This document shows positions 29,524 through 41,600 of a stretch of 64,000 nucleotides of DNA, piece by piece. The stretch is from Alphaproteobacteria bacterium. Its GTDB lineage: Bacteria > Pseudomonadota > Alphaproteobacteria > Bin95. The notes below the pieces were generated by a model that saw only the letters and a list, made by a program, of their open reading frames with translations, searched no databases and had not been told where the DNA came from. Position numbers and translations under genes: made by a program. The stretch is from NCBI GenBank assembly GCA_965205265.1, contig CBDBGH010000001.1, forward strand, positions 1 to 64,000. The letters are read 5' to 3'. Each line of letters opens with the position of its first letter. The stretch's first letter is position 1.

Positions 29524-32452
29524 TCATGCTGCCATTTTCATATCTTCGAGTGGGAGTCGTGCCTCCATATCGAGATCGAAGAGACCATACGGGTTGAAGT
29601 GGCGGTGGGGCAGCGGGTTCAGTGCGGCCATGCCACGGGCGGTCATCCTTTCCCGCCAGGCAGGCTCTGCCAATATCTCCTGGATCATGAGGGTATCGAT
29701 GTAGACCATCGCTGCCTGCAGCGGATGCAGGGCAAGGACGGATATCTCCTGATCGTCACGTCGGTTGGAAACCAGCTCGTTGCCATTGCCGTGGAAAATG
29801 AAGTCGTTCACCCCATTCCAGCGCTCGATGACATTGAGCCCGGAATTGATCTCGCGGCGCAACTCTGCATTGCCGGGGCATCGGCACAGGAAAATGGTCT
29901 TGACGGCTTTGCCCAGTTCCAGAAGTGCCGAGAGGACGGGATGGGTTTGGCCGCGCCTGAAGCGACGCAGGATAGCCTCAGCGCCTGCAGTGCGCAGTTT
30001 AAGTGCGCTCGCGAGGCGGATCATCCCATCATAGTGCCGCGAGACCAGATCCCAGTCGACGGGCTCGACCGTGCGGATTGGCTCGATATTGGTGTGGCGG
30101 TGGGCGTTTTGCCTGTCCGCGCGGGCGAGCTTCTGGCTGGCAATCCCTTTCAGACGCGGCATCGGACCGAAGCCAGGCAGATGGCAAAAGGCGAACCCAA
30201 CAACACTTTGTCCATGGGTGTCGACAGACTGGCGTTCGATATCCAGGTCTGTGCCATGGTGCAGCACGCCTTCGATCATCGCCGCAACTTCCGAGGAGGA
30301 CACCTGTTTCAGTTGTGAGTGGATACAGGTGGCCTGTCTGTCGACATGCCAGTGGATCATCACCCCGCGCCCGCCATAGCGTTGGTGCCATTCCGTCATC
30401 AGGTTCTGATCCCAGGAGGCCAATTGCGTGGAATCCGATGCGCAGCCTGTGCCACCATCGCCCCGGATATTCGGTGTTCCGAATTCGATAGGTGGCGTCT
30501 GCAATGCGTCGTGTCGCATCCTGGAGCGCCGTTTTGTGAATGAAGCGCTGGCGGGTATGGAGCAACTCTCTGTAGCTGACCCTATGGGGACCGGCTGCGA
30601 TGGCCTTGAGGCCGATGTTCGTCCCGATTCCGAACAACGCGGGCAAAAGTCGCCGGGATACTTCGTCCGGCGACAATGCCTGCCTGGAGCTGGCTGCGCG
30701 GAACAGTGGGGTGAATTCAGTGCGCAGGTCGACTTCTTTCAGCACATCCAGCAGGCTGGTCATGGGCCAGCGCCGGGCGAGTTCGGCCTTTGAAGCCTCC
30801 AGCGCCGCAGGATCGACCTGCGGACCAAGCGGGCGCAGCGAAATGAACATCCTACCACCCCGGGATTTGAGTTTGACATCCTTGTTCGACGGGAAGCCCT
30901 GATCAAACCCTCGCAGGGCGCCACGCAGATCCTCCCGCACCGACTGAACAAACCGGTCTGCGTTCATAGGCTGGCCCAGGAGACCGAAATAGTGCCCTTT
31001 CCTTGGGTCGAAATCAGCGGGCAGGTCCTGATCCGGACCGCAGTATCGCCTGGCACCCTCAAGCCAGACCTCCTTTGTCCGTAACTTGTCGCGTAGCGCC
31101 TGCAGAACACATATCTCGTAATCGATCCTATTGATGCGAACTGTGCCTCCGGGTCCAGCCTCCAGAACAATTTCGCGCGACTTGGGACGGATGACACCAT
31201 CGATCGGGACCTCATCCTCGGCATAAAACTGTGGCTTGCGCTCCGATGTTTCTGTCAGCGCTGCAAGCGCGGCCAGTAACGGCTGCGCGCTCGAACCGCT
31301 GGCCCGGAATGTCAGAGCACCCGGAATCACTGGTAGGATTCGGCGATAATGCCGGGCATGGGACCGCCGGATGGTGCGATGTACGCGGGTCGTAAAAGAG
31401 GGTGTGTCTGTCAGGTAGCCCTTTGCCAGCTCCCGGACCGTCCCGCGCGGGACCACCGGGAAGATGACATGGGGAATATCTCCGTCCGGCTGACCATCGA
31501 CAGCGGTCACGATCCTGCCCAAAACGGTGTCCTTGCTTTCCGTCTTCCGAAAATCAGCCACGTACTCCTTGATCACCTCACTCTCAGCGCGCGCTGAGAC
31601 CTTGTGGGTGATGCTGATAGCCAGGTCGCCCAGATCATCCGTGAGTTCAGTTGCCCTGACGACACAGAAGCAACTCAGCAAGGCATATCGCACCGCATCG
31701 GGATGACGGCGCATATCCCGGGCATCCTCACTGGCTGCGCACCGCGCCAGAATGGCAATGCGCTCCGGATCAATGCCGCTGAAAATGCCGTGATTGAGAC
31801 CAATGCACCGCACCCTGTCCAATCGTGTCACGACATCCTGTACAGCCTGCACACCTGCTCCGCCTGGGCTGCGGGCCAGCATGGCGAAAGAGGACGCGGT
31901 TTCCCCGGTCACCGGCAATCCGTCCAGACCGCGTTTCCGCCGGGCGGTCAGCCGATCCGAAATCCTCCTGTGGAGCACCCGCTCGAACCTGCGCTCCGCC
32001 TTGGCAACCAGCGCACTCAAACGCGCCGTATTCGGCTGGATTACCCGGTTCGCCAGGAACCACGCCGTCATTCGGGTGTCAAGGGTCGAAACCTGTGGTG
32101 CGTCCGGCAACGCCTCCACAACAAGCCAGTCCAGAAAGGCCGTCGACTTTTCCGCGCCGAGCCGGCCAAGCTTCAGAAACGTTTCAACGGCACGTCGATA
32201 ACGGCGGTCTGAACGCTCGGGTACATGCGAAGGTAACGGACCCTCATACGCAATCCGCTCTCCCGGAAACTGCCCAACCGCATCCGGAACTGGATCAGCC
32301 AATCCGGGGAACCGGGCATGACGCTGAAAGAACTTCAGATAGTACCCAAGCACCAAGCGCCGCCGGGGCGACAGACCCTCAAGCAGCCGCAGTTCCTGGG
32401 ACGTCAACACCCAATGCGCCCTAAGCGCTTCCGCCGACCAAAGCTGCTCCAT
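29524..32452 (-). pseudogene. tnpA: Tn3-family transposase, frameshifted near 30470
   Basis: 807-aa N-terminal part, then CASDST, VDTHGQS, GLNVIERWN and HFNPYG in a second frame. Confidence 0.88.
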
Positions 32453-32472
32453 ATATCCCCCAATACCTCAAT

Positions 32473-32985
32473 ATGCTGATCGCGCGGCACGACCGGCGGC
32501 CCCGGCGCCGCGTTCTGGACCCGTTCTGTGGAACCGCGACAACGGCCCTGAGCGCCGCGTACCATGGACATGAGGGGATAACGACAGACATCAATCCGTT
32601 CCTGGTGTGGTTTGGTGGCGTGAAGACAGCGCGGTACTCCGGCGCTGCGATAGCTTCCACGCGCGACGCAGGCGCCCGGGTGATGGAGGCGGTCGGGCGC
32701 GGCACATTCGATCCTGTCGAGCCACCTCCCATCCATAACATCGATAGATGGTGGTGTCAGGAGGCGCTGGAGTCCTGTGCAGGGCCGATCATCCGTGCGC
32801 CTGCACCGTACAGCCCCGTTCATGACAGATCGGCAGCGGGCCAGGAAGCCCAACCGATCGATCCCGCTGGACGCCTTGCGCCCCTGCTGCTATCGCTTTG
32901 GGCAGTACATTTCTGTACTTCCCTTTTTGTCGCTGACTGCATGGCCGAGAATGTGCGTAAAGGGGACTGGGACTTCGAACGATGA
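32473..32985 (+). pseudogene. Amino-DNA methyltransferase fragment
   Basis: VLDPFCGTATT...DINPF SAM-binding motif. No catalytic (S/D/N)PPY motif. Confidence 0.65.
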
Positions 32986-33113
32986 CCGAATATGATCGCA
33001 AGAAGATGATGGAACTGAACAGAAAGCGAACGCGAATTGCCGGATACGTCGGGTGGTGAAGTCGCGGCGTTCCCTTAGGGTTGATGGCATTTACGGATAA
33101 AGGAATTCACCGG

Positions 33114-33317
33114 ATGTCGGCAGTGACAAACAATCCTCTTTCTCCTCTGGTTTCGGAGTTCGATTCAGTTGAGCAGGAGGCCAGCTACAACGAATGGCTA
33201 CGCGCCAAGGTTGCCGCCAGTCTGGCTGACACCCGCCCGGCGCTCCCTCATGACGCGGTGATGGCTGAAATGGACGCTCTGATCGACCGGATCGCCGCAG
33301 AAAATCCTGAGCGCTGA
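33114..33317 (+). CDS. PaaA2/StbD-like antitoxin
   Basis: SPLVSEF...YNEWLRAKVAASLAD...PHDAVMAEM. Confidence 0.82.
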   Translation: MSAVTNNPLSPLVSEFDSVEQEASYNEWLRAKVAASLADTRPALPHDAVMAEMDALIDRIAAENPER

Positions 33318-33598
33318 TGCTCCCAATTTTCTGGCGGGAGACGGCCCGCAGCGATTTGCGCCAAATCGTGACCTACATTGCCAACGAGGATCCGCACGCT
33401 GCCCGTCGCATGAAAATTCGACTGGAAGCAGTAGTGCTTCCTTTGTCAGAGCACCCCTACCTGTATCGTCGGAGTGATCGCGTTCCGGGCCTGCGCGAGA
33501 TCGTGGCTCATCCGAATTACATCGTGTTATATCGGGTTGCCGCTGATTGCATCGAAGTCGTGAATGTGGTCCACGCGCGCCAGCCGTTCCCCAAATAA
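33317..33598 (+). CDS. RelE/ParE-family toxin
   Basis: WRETARSDLRQIVTYIA...GLREIVAHPNYIVLYRV...VVHARQ. Confidence 0.9.
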   Translation: MLPIFWRETARSDLRQIVTYIANEDPHAARRMKIRLEAVVLPLSEHPYLYRRSDRVPGLREIVAHPNYIVLYRVAADCIEVVNVVHARQPFPK

Positions 33599-33639
33599 AA
33601 GAGGATTACATACCTAACTTACCTAACTTGACAACATAT

Positions 33640-35028
33640 CCCCACTTCCAGTCCGAAGTGCAACACCGGCCATTTTCCCCGCCCGGGCGGGGAAAATGGC
33701 CGGAAGGCGGGATTCCCGGCCCCCTGGCGCCGGTGATTCCGGGCCCGGGACGGCTGGAGTCCCTTCGCGGGAGAGCCTATCGGCGCTTTCCGGGCAGCGC
33801 AAGGCCGCCGCCGGGGCGGGTCGCGTCCGTCCGGGCGCAGGGAGGGCGCAGCCCGACCGGAGCCCGGACGGACGCGACGTCGAAATCCTGTCCACCCCCT
33901 TCCGGCGCAGCCATCCGCGCCGTCTGGAGGCGGGCGGGCCGCGTCAGGGTGGGCGGGCCCGGCGGAACACCTCGGCGGGCGTCCGGTAGCCGAGCACCCT
34001 GCGCGGTCGCGCGTTCAGGCGGTCCTGCACCGCTTTCACCTCCGCGTCGGTGACCGCCCGCAGGTCCGTCCCCTTCGGCAGGTACTGCCGGACCAGCCCG
34101 TTGGTGTGCCCGGTCGGGCCCCGCTCCCAGGAGTGCTGGGGGGTCGGGAGGAAGAACCCGGCCTTCAGCGCCTCCGCCACGCCGGCGTGGCCCGCGAACT
34201 CCCTGCCGTTGTCCGCCGTGACCGTGTGGACGGCGACGGCGGACGGCGGCGGCATCGCCAGCATCGCGGCGGAGACCGCAGCCGAGGTGCGCCGGTCAAC
34301 CCTCTGGAGAAACGTGTATTTCGAGGCGCGGTCCACAAGGGAGACCACCGCCCCGCTGTGGCCTTTCCCGATGATCGTGTCCGCCTCCCGGTCGCCCACA
34401 CGCTCCCTGCTCTCCACCTCCGCAGGCCTCTCCGAGATGTCCACCCGGCCCGGGATGTGGCCCCGGCCGGAGTGCCGCCCGCCCCTCCAGTTGGGCTTTT
34501 TCCCGCGGCGGCGCAGCAGCGGGAACAGCCCGCCGCCCGCCTTCCTGTCGGCCTTCAGGTGCTCGTATATCCACTGCCGGCCCACCGCCCAGCCGCCCTC
34601 CAGCCGCAGCCGTCCCGCGATCCGCTCCGGGCTCCAGCCCTCCTCCAGAAACCCCTCGACACTCGCCCAGCGCTCCGCAGTCATCCTCCGGGGGACCCTG
34701 GACGCCGCGCTGCGGCGCTCCTCCGCTTTCCCCTGCGCCTCGCCGGGGCTGTAGCCCGAATCCCCGCCGTTCCGGCGCAGCTCCCGCCAGACCGACGGGC
34801 GGTCACGGCCCAGACGGGCCGCGATCACCCCGTCCGACAGCCCGCTTTCCTTCAGCGCGCCGATCTGGCATCTATCCTCATGGGTCAGGTGGCGCTGGCC
34901 CTCGGGCATGACAGTCTCCTATGCGTCGTTGCTGGGACTGTCGCCGCTTCCTGGCCGATCCGCAACATCATGCGGCAGGAAAACCGGTCACCACCGCCAC
35001 TGGTGTTGCACTTCGGACTGGAATGGGG
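33640..35028 (-). mobile_element. IS30-family insertion sequence
   Basis: IR cores TTCCAGTCCGAAGTGCAACACC at both ends; transposase at 33944-34909. Confidence 0.88.
33944..34909 (-). pseudogene. IS30-family transposase with substitutions in catalytic motifs
   Basis: GDREADT (usually GHW/DWEAD), TADNGREF, and SWERGPTGHTNG (usually RGxNENTNG; catalytic Glu replaced by Gly). Confidence 0.85.
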
Positions 35029-35031
35029 CTA

Positions 35032-35508
35032 TCATATAAGGAAATTGACGCCCATATATTGATTGATTCGACACAACATGTGGTGTTTGCCAACTTCAGT
35101 GTGTAATCCCCTAAAAATAAGGGGTGGAGCGGACCAGCGGCCGCTGGCGGCCCGTCGTGGTCTGCGGGAACGGTCGCACACAGACGCTCGGGAACGGCGA
35201 TCCGCGGCGGCGTCGGAGAAATTCCCGATGACCACGCTGCCCTGGGGGAAACGCGCGGCAATGTCCAGCCTGCCGCCCATCGCCTCGATGCAGGAGCGAA
35301 GGTTCGACACGTACATGTCGGCCCGCCGTTCCAGCTTTGCGACAGCCGGCTGGTTCACGTCCATCTCCTCGCCAACGGACTTCCGGGTCATGGCCCGGGC
35401 CTGCCGCAGCTCGTGAAGCAGCATGGCCGCGCGAAGATCCCCTTTCCGCGCCCGACCCGCGGGAGACAGTTCCTCCGTCAGCCGCGCGAAAGGATGGTGT
35501 CCCGCCAT
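35032..35508 (-). CDS. XRE/HigA antitoxin (internal deletion, read-through C-terminus)
   Basis: LHELRQARAMT...VNQPAVAKLERRADMYVSNLRS.IEAMGGRL. Confidence 0.8.
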   Translation of the reverse strand: MAGHHPFARLTEELSPAGRARKGDLRAAMLLHELRQARAMTRKSVGEEMDVNQPAVAKLERRADMYVSNLRSCIEAMGGRLDIAARFPQGSVVIGNFSDAAADRRSRASVCDRSRRPRRAASGRWSAPPLIFRGLHTEVGKHHMLCRINQYMGVNFLI

Positions 35509-35867
35509 CAGATCGCTCCTTCTTCCCTGAGTTCCTCGAGATGTACATCATAGAGCCGGTCCGCAAGCGGCACGAACCGCCTGTGGAACAAATCATCTCC
35601 TGTCCTGTCGCCGCCGGTCAGCGGAACTGCCGTGCGTCTGGGATCAAAGGCGTGGAACACGCGAATGGGCTTTCCGCCGCCCTGAACGCGAAGCTCCCGC
35701 ATGTGACCGCGCCGCGAACCCTTTATCCCCGAGCATTGGGGATACGGCAGTCCGGGCCCCTGCTCTCCAGGCAGATCCACCACTGCGGAAACGTCCTCCC
35801 GTTCGCTTGCCGCGGGCGTCTCCCACCAGTCCCCGAACTCGTTCGTATATTCGACGCTCCAGACCAT
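35508..35867 (-). CDS. HigB/RelE (Gp49-like) toxin
   Basis: WSVEYTNEFGDWW...GPGLPYP...IKGSR..HMRELR...AFDPRR...GGD. Confidence 0.85.
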   Translation of the reverse strand: MVWSVEYTNEFGDWWETPAASEREDVSAVVDLPGEQGPGLPYPQCSGIKGSRRGHMRELRVQGGGKPIRVFHAFDPRRTAVPLTGGDRTGDDLFHRRFVPLADRLYDVHLEELREEGAI

Positions 35868-35935
35868 GACCCATGGTGTTCCGTCGATGGAATGCCATCA
35901 GGTCACAAAACGACATCCAGGCGCGAACCGGACCT

Positions 35936-36108
35936 CGGGTCGAGTGCCGGAAGGGGCGAAAGACCCCGTCAAGGACTTGCCCGATGCCGTGTCATGATTC
36001 CAGGCACGGTGTTACTGCTGATTCCGGGGTCGTGCGCGATCCATCGGTAGCTCCGGCCCTCCCCGACGGACCGGATGACCTTCGCCGCGAGCCTGTCCGA
36101 TTTCGGTC
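35936..36108 (-). repeat. Copy of the tnpR-side end of the 13722-17390 transposon
   Basis: CGGGTCGAGTGCCGGAAGGGGCGAAAGACCCCGTCAAG plus PKSDRLAAKVIRSVGEGRSYRWIAHD. Confidence 0.85.
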
Positions 36109-36121
36109 CCCGCCCACGACC

Positions 36122-38513
36122 CAATGGCATTCGGATAAGTTTTTCTGGCGTTCGGACAGGAAAGCCCCCGCGCTTCGGGCATCTGCCGGAAGCCGGGGGC
36201 GCTGTCGGTAACCGGCCCTGTGTCGGGCCTGTTTCATGCGGCGGGTCGGGCCTGCCAGCCACCTGCTCCTGGGTTGCTTCGACTCCCGGGGGTGGCTCCT
36301 TCCGGGCCTTTCGCGCTGGATGCGGCGTGACAGCCCGGCCATGATCCTGGCGACGGATTCCCTGACCGCTCCGGCCTGCGGCGGGAACAGGGCCCCGGTC
36401 CCCTTTCCGACGGGGCGCAGGCCGTTCCTGAAACTGGTGCGCATGGCGGGCAGGCCCTCCTCCCCGCCGCCGCCGGTGGGGTCGCTGTCGCAGCGGTCGG
36501 GGAACTGGCGTGTCAGGGTGAGCGGGGTGAACGCCGCGTATATCTCCTGGCGGACGCCACGCTCCGATCTGGCGCGCAGATCCCCGATCACCCGCTTCCC
36601 GCTTCTGTACATCCCCTCCACGCCCCACCGTCCGTGATGGAGGTCGACGGGGGGCTGGATTCCATATCGGTCGCTGTCCGGAAGCGAGGTGGCGAGGCGG
36701 TATTCGGTGTCCCCGGCGGTGTACCTGACGAGGCGAACGCGGAGTGTCCGGCCGCGAAGGGCGGCTTCGTCCCCTGGTGCGCTGACCGTGACGGTCCGGT
36801 CGGCCACGCCCGATGCGATGAAGCCGTCGAAGGTCGGGTTGGCCCCCCGCTTGATACGGAAGACGAAGTGCAGCCCGCGCTCCGCATGGGCCAGCGCCAT
36901 GGGGAGGGAGTGGTATCCCCTGTCGTAGACGATGACGTCGCCTTCGGCCGCGTGGCCAGGGTGCGTGAGGGCGGCCTGCCGTTCGTTCCCGTGGCCGGAC
37001 AGGTCGAGGTCAACAGGTGTCCTGTCGCGGAGCCGGTGGAGGACGACGGGCATGCCCTGGGGATGGTGGGCACCGTCCGCGATGCGGTAGCCGCGGTCCG
37101 CGAGTTCCCCCGGCAGGGTGAGCTCCGGGCCGTCGACGGCCAGGACCCTGTGGCCCTTCCAGAGGGTGGCGTCGGGACCCCGGGCGAGGACCTCCCGGTG
37201 CAGCCGCCTGAACGCGGCCCCGTCGAGCTTCCCGCGCGCCTCGCAGGCCGTGGATGCCGCCGGGGGCCCGTCCTGCGGCAGGTCGACGCCCGCCGCCGCG
37301 CACTCCTCCCATAGCCCGCACAGCGTGGTGCGGTAGCCCTGGCCGCCAGGCGTGACGGTGAGGCGGAACACGAACGGCATGACGGGCAGGCTGCCGACAC
37401 CCGCCTCCGCCATCGGGCGTCCCCGCGCTCCGCGACAGCCGTGGCGGCCGAACCGGCGGTCCGAGGCGGCGGAGCGCCCCCTCTCCGCCCGCGTCGGCGA
37501 TCCGTCATCCTCCCCGCGCAGGATCCCGCGGGCATTCCCGCGCAGCGGCATCAGGTGGACGCCCTTCACGGTCCTGCCTCCGGTCCCGCCGGTCTCCCCG
37601 ATGTGCCTCCAGCCCGCGCCCCGATGGCACGAGGCCCTGAACCGGGTCCCGTCCACGAATGTCCCGCACATCACCGGACGCCAGCCGTGGAGGCGCTCCC
37701 AGTCGTCCGCGAGCTGCCGCACCGCCAGGGCCAGCGCCGGGGACGCCAGGAACTTCGAGCGCACCCAGGGGAACACGGGGTAGCGCGGGTTCACCACCAT
37801 CAGGTGGCGGTTGCGGTCCCGGCACGGAAGCGTCCTCCTCACCGCCTCGAAGAGCAGGCACCCCAGCCTGCGGCCGTCCCGGTCGGTGAGGAGGTAGCGG
37901 ACGTGCGCCCCGAAGGGGCGCCTGTAACCCAGATGGTGGTGGCGGTCGACGGGCGCGTTCCAGAGCCGCCTGCCCTCCGTGTCCGTCACGGGCTCCAGGC
38001 CCAGCGGCCGGAGATCGCGGAGCCGCGCCGCGACCTCCGGCTGCGGGTCGGAGGCGGAGGTCCAGGCCGGCCTGCCGGCGGCCCTCATGTCGCGGACGCT
38101 CCCCTCCCGCCTCGCCGGCAGCCTGGGGATGCCGTGGCTCTCCAGGGTCCCGGCATGCCGAGGCAGGCCCCGACCCTGCAGGCACCCTTCGCCGTCGTCC
38201 AGCCAAGGTGCCCGCGGATGGTCCTCCCCAGCCCGTTGCGGCTGTCGTTGGGCAGCAGCGCCACGGTCTCCTGGATGTCGGCGGTCCGCCGCCGGGTCAG
38301 GCGGCGGCCGGAGAAGGTGGTCGATCTCAGGTCGGTGATTCGCCGGTCCATGGCCGGTTCCCGTATCTGCCCGACACCAGCATACGAACCAGCGTCCGCC
38401 TGTCAGTGGGTCTGGCGAAAAAAATCTGGAACACCGAAAACCACGCCATGTCAACGGCTTGCGACCGGCAGGGAAAACCGCTCAGGAACGTAAGGGCTAT
38501 CCGAATACCATTG
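36122..38513 (-). mobile_element. IS4-family element with frameshifted DUF4338-DDE fusion transposase
   Basis: IRs CAATGGCATTCGGATAAG / CAATGGTATTCGGATAG. N-terminal HHHLGY...HLMVVNPRY...FVDGTRF (DUF4338-like); C-terminal LAVDG, VYDRGY, HHGRWGVE. Confidence 0.82.
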
Positions 38514-38664
38514 GCTGGGTGGCCGGGGCGTTTCCACGAGCCAAAGTGTGGCGGAATGCCGCAGTGGGTGGCTGGTCGGGCGCCGTCCGCGCATGGCTGG
38601 CTGCGCCGTCCCCTCCGGGGCGGCGTCCGCGGCGTCCGGTGCTGCCTGAACCGGCGGTGCCGGA

Positions 38665-39768
38665 TGGTGAGCCGCATCAGCTGCCCGCCGGTCAGGGCCA
38701 GCACGCCAAAGAACAGGTGGCAGGCCACCCTGGCGTGCCCACGGACACGGACGTGCCGGGCGCCGTACGGGTCCTTCAGGGCGGAGTTCACCCGCCCGCC
38801 GCTGGAGCGCTGCCGGTAACGCACGCGGTCGTGGCGTATGTGGCCCGCCTTCCGCTGCGCCAGAGCCTCTTTCCTGAGGCGCTCCCTCAGGGCCGCATCG
38901 CGGCGGGGGTTGGTGTCGGTGATCGCCACGCGCCCCGTCAGGCAGGCGTGGAACCCGATCCCCGGGGAATCACAGGCCGCGTCCATGAGCTGGTGGCAGT
39001 GGTCCACCCGCCGCGCCGTCATCCTCGAAAGAGGGATGGCGGCCTGGCTGTCGTGCAGCGAAGCGGAGGTCAGGATGCGGCTGATGGGGATGTCCCCATC
39101 AGCCGCGTCGATATGGAGCCTGTACCCCCTCCAGCTCTCCCTGTACCCCTTCGAGTTGCGCTTCGTGCCGGTGTCGCAGGCCTTCGGAAGCTCGCCAGCC
39201 ATCTCCGTGGCGGTCATCCCGTCCGGCGGCCGCCGCTCCAGCCGGGTCGGCTCCTTCGGCCTCTCCTACCCCTTGTTTCGGGCGTCCGCGCTTTCGCTTT
39301 GGCCTCTCCTCCGGCTTCGGCTTCGGCGCCAGCCTCTCCCGCCCGACGACCGAGCCGGCGTACGCGGAGCGGCCCGGCGCCTCGTGCATCCGCTCGGGCA
39401 GCCGGATCTCCGCGAACCAGGGGAGGGCGCGGGAGAAGGCCGGTTCGCCGGGAACCTCCGACACGCGGGACCAGCCGCAGAGCCTGCGCAGCGTCGGGTC
39501 GTACAGCAGCCGGTCGACCGGCACCACCGTGGTCGGCATGTCCCACACCGCCTTCGCGACGAAGGCCCGAGCCAGCGCCCTGCGGTCGGCGGGAGGGTTG
39601 CCGACGCCCCGGTGGCTGTAGTGCACGTGCCTCACGCCCAGCGGGCCGACCTCCCCGGCGAGGGAAGGCAGAAGTTCCCCCTGGAACCGCTGCCAGGCAT
39701 CCGGTATGGATGATCGCAGGGAAATGGAGCCGTCTCCCTGCATGTTGTGGTATTGACACCTGCTTCAT
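38665..39768 (-). pseudogene. DDE transposase (IS5/IS1182-like, DUF772 N-terminus), frameshifted
   Basis: RALARAFVAKAV...LRRLCGW...FSRA and KRNSKGY..SW.GY.LHID...SASLHDSQ...LMDAA. Confidence 0.75.
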
Positions 39769-39880
39769 ACCAGAGGGATGGCTCCATATCCATACCAGCC
39801 ATCAGAAAAAACGCCCGTTTCCGAAAAAAATCGCTTGATCGGGAAGTTCTGCAAGAAGCTCATATGATCAAAAGATACGG

Positions 39881-41462
39881 GTAACTGCTCGCCCCTTCAT
39901 CCCTGACCGTCCCGCCTGACGGCTTTCGGGCCGGGCATCCTGTCCCGTCATCCGCGCCCGTCCGCCGTCGGCCATCCCTGGGCCTGGCATAATGGAGCTG
40001 CCCGCTGCACTGTCCATCCGTCCGGGCGAATCACGGCGGAGGCGGCGATCATGGTGGTGGAGGCGGAGCGGTGCCGACGGTGAACGCAGCCTCGCTGCGC
40101 GCGCGGCTGGACGGTTGCCGGGCCCGGTTCGATGCGATCAGGCGGAAGGGCGGGGCGGGCGCGGACACCCCTGCGCCGGTCAAGGCCCTTTTCCTGCCGC
40201 CCGGCGTCCTGGTGGCCGTGCCGCTGGAGCGGACGACCCGCAGGACCGACGCCAGCTCCAGCATCCCCCCGTGGCGGACGGAGAGGGACGGGACCGCCCG
40301 GCGCACCGGAAGGGACGGCGGCCGGGGCGCGGAACCGAACCTGCGGACCGGCACGGACATGGGCGGGACCACCGTCGGGGAGACGGTCGCCGTCGATGCC
40401 TGCGGCGCCGACCTCCCGTGGGTCGCCCCCGCCGGACGCGGGCGGCGCGTCCCGTCCGGCATCGTCCCCGAGGCCGGCGGGCGCCGCGTGGAGGCCGGGG
40501 CCAGGGAATGCCCGGACCGCCGGGCCCGGACCAGGGGGCGGTTCCCCGACGGCATGCCGGGCCCGCTGCGGTACGGCACGGGCCTCCAGGCATTCACGAC
40601 CAGCCTGCCGGGCGCCCACATGCTGTCCCCGCCCCGGGCCGTGGGAGGAGGCCGCCGTCGCGCGGCTGCCGGAACGCCCGGCCCTGCACGCCGACGGGAC
40701 CGGATTCCGGGTCGACGGCAGGAGGCGGTGGCTCCATGTCCCCACCGACGGGTCCCTGACCCTGAAGCGCCCGCACCGCAGGCGCGGATGCGGGGCGATC
40801 GGGGACATCGGCGTCATCCCCCGCCACACCGGCACGCCGGTCCACGACTGCTGGGCGGGCCACCTCACCCACCACCGGTGTACGCACCGGCCCTGTGGCT
40901 CCCATATCCTCCGCGAACTGACGTCCGTCGTGGAATCCAACGGCTTCCGCCGGGCGCGCCTGATGAAAAGGCCGCCGCGCGGGGCCTGCCACGGGGCCAG
41001 CCGAAGCGACACCAAGGTCCCGCCCGAGGCCGGACGCCTGGCCGCGCGCAGGCGTTGCCGGACCATCCCTGCACAGGGCCGCAGGGAGCTGCCGGAGATC
41101 CCGCCGCGTCCGAAGGGAAAGCGCGGGAGGGTCGCGGGATCCGACGCGCACAGCCTCCACGGCCGCCTCGGGAGGCACGGGGGGTCCGTGCCGCGCTTCA
41201 TGGCCGACCCGGACGTCAGCTTCACCGACAACGCCGGCGGGCGGAAAATCCGCATGGCCAGGGTGAGGATCAAGGTGTCAGGCCGCTTCCGGACACAGCT
41301 CCATGCCGGGGCATGGTGCCGGATCTCCAGCTACCCCAGCCCGATGGCCGCCCTCGGTTACAACCCACCCGTCGCCATCCAGACCGCCCTGGCCGGAAAC
41401 GCAGCCGCCATGGCCAGACTGCACAATGCCCGGTCCGCACCCAGAAAGGGGTGAGCAGTTAC
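39881..41462 (+). mobile_element. IS66-family element with decayed transposase
   Basis: GTAACTGCTC...GAGCAGTTAC IRs and an 8-bp target duplication AGATACGG (39873-39880, 41463-41470). LHADGTG, VHDCW, CGSHILREL, FTDNAGGRKIR. Confidence 0.92.
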
Positions 41463-41600
41463 AGATACGGAACCGACAAATCAAGCCTGTCTGGACAAAC
41501 GACAAAAACTCACAAATTTGTCGTGCACCCCACTAGAGAGGCTGAGTTGACAATCAAGTTTCTGCACGCGAATGTAGTCAAATTATCCAGGAGATCGGAT

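Noticed and set aside
28810-32964. Terminal repeats (CCCT.TACGCAC) delimiting the second Tn3 element
   Set aside because: Only about 12 bp of similarity and no target duplication; too weak to define ends.
32473-32985. Functional restriction-modification system
   Set aside because: There is only a SAM-binding fragment, with no catalytic motif or cognate nuclease.
36122-38513. Druantia defence system suggested by the DUF4338/DruA-like domain
   Set aside because: The domain is fused to an IS4 DDE transposase between IRs, and there is no DruE helicase or other Dru gene.
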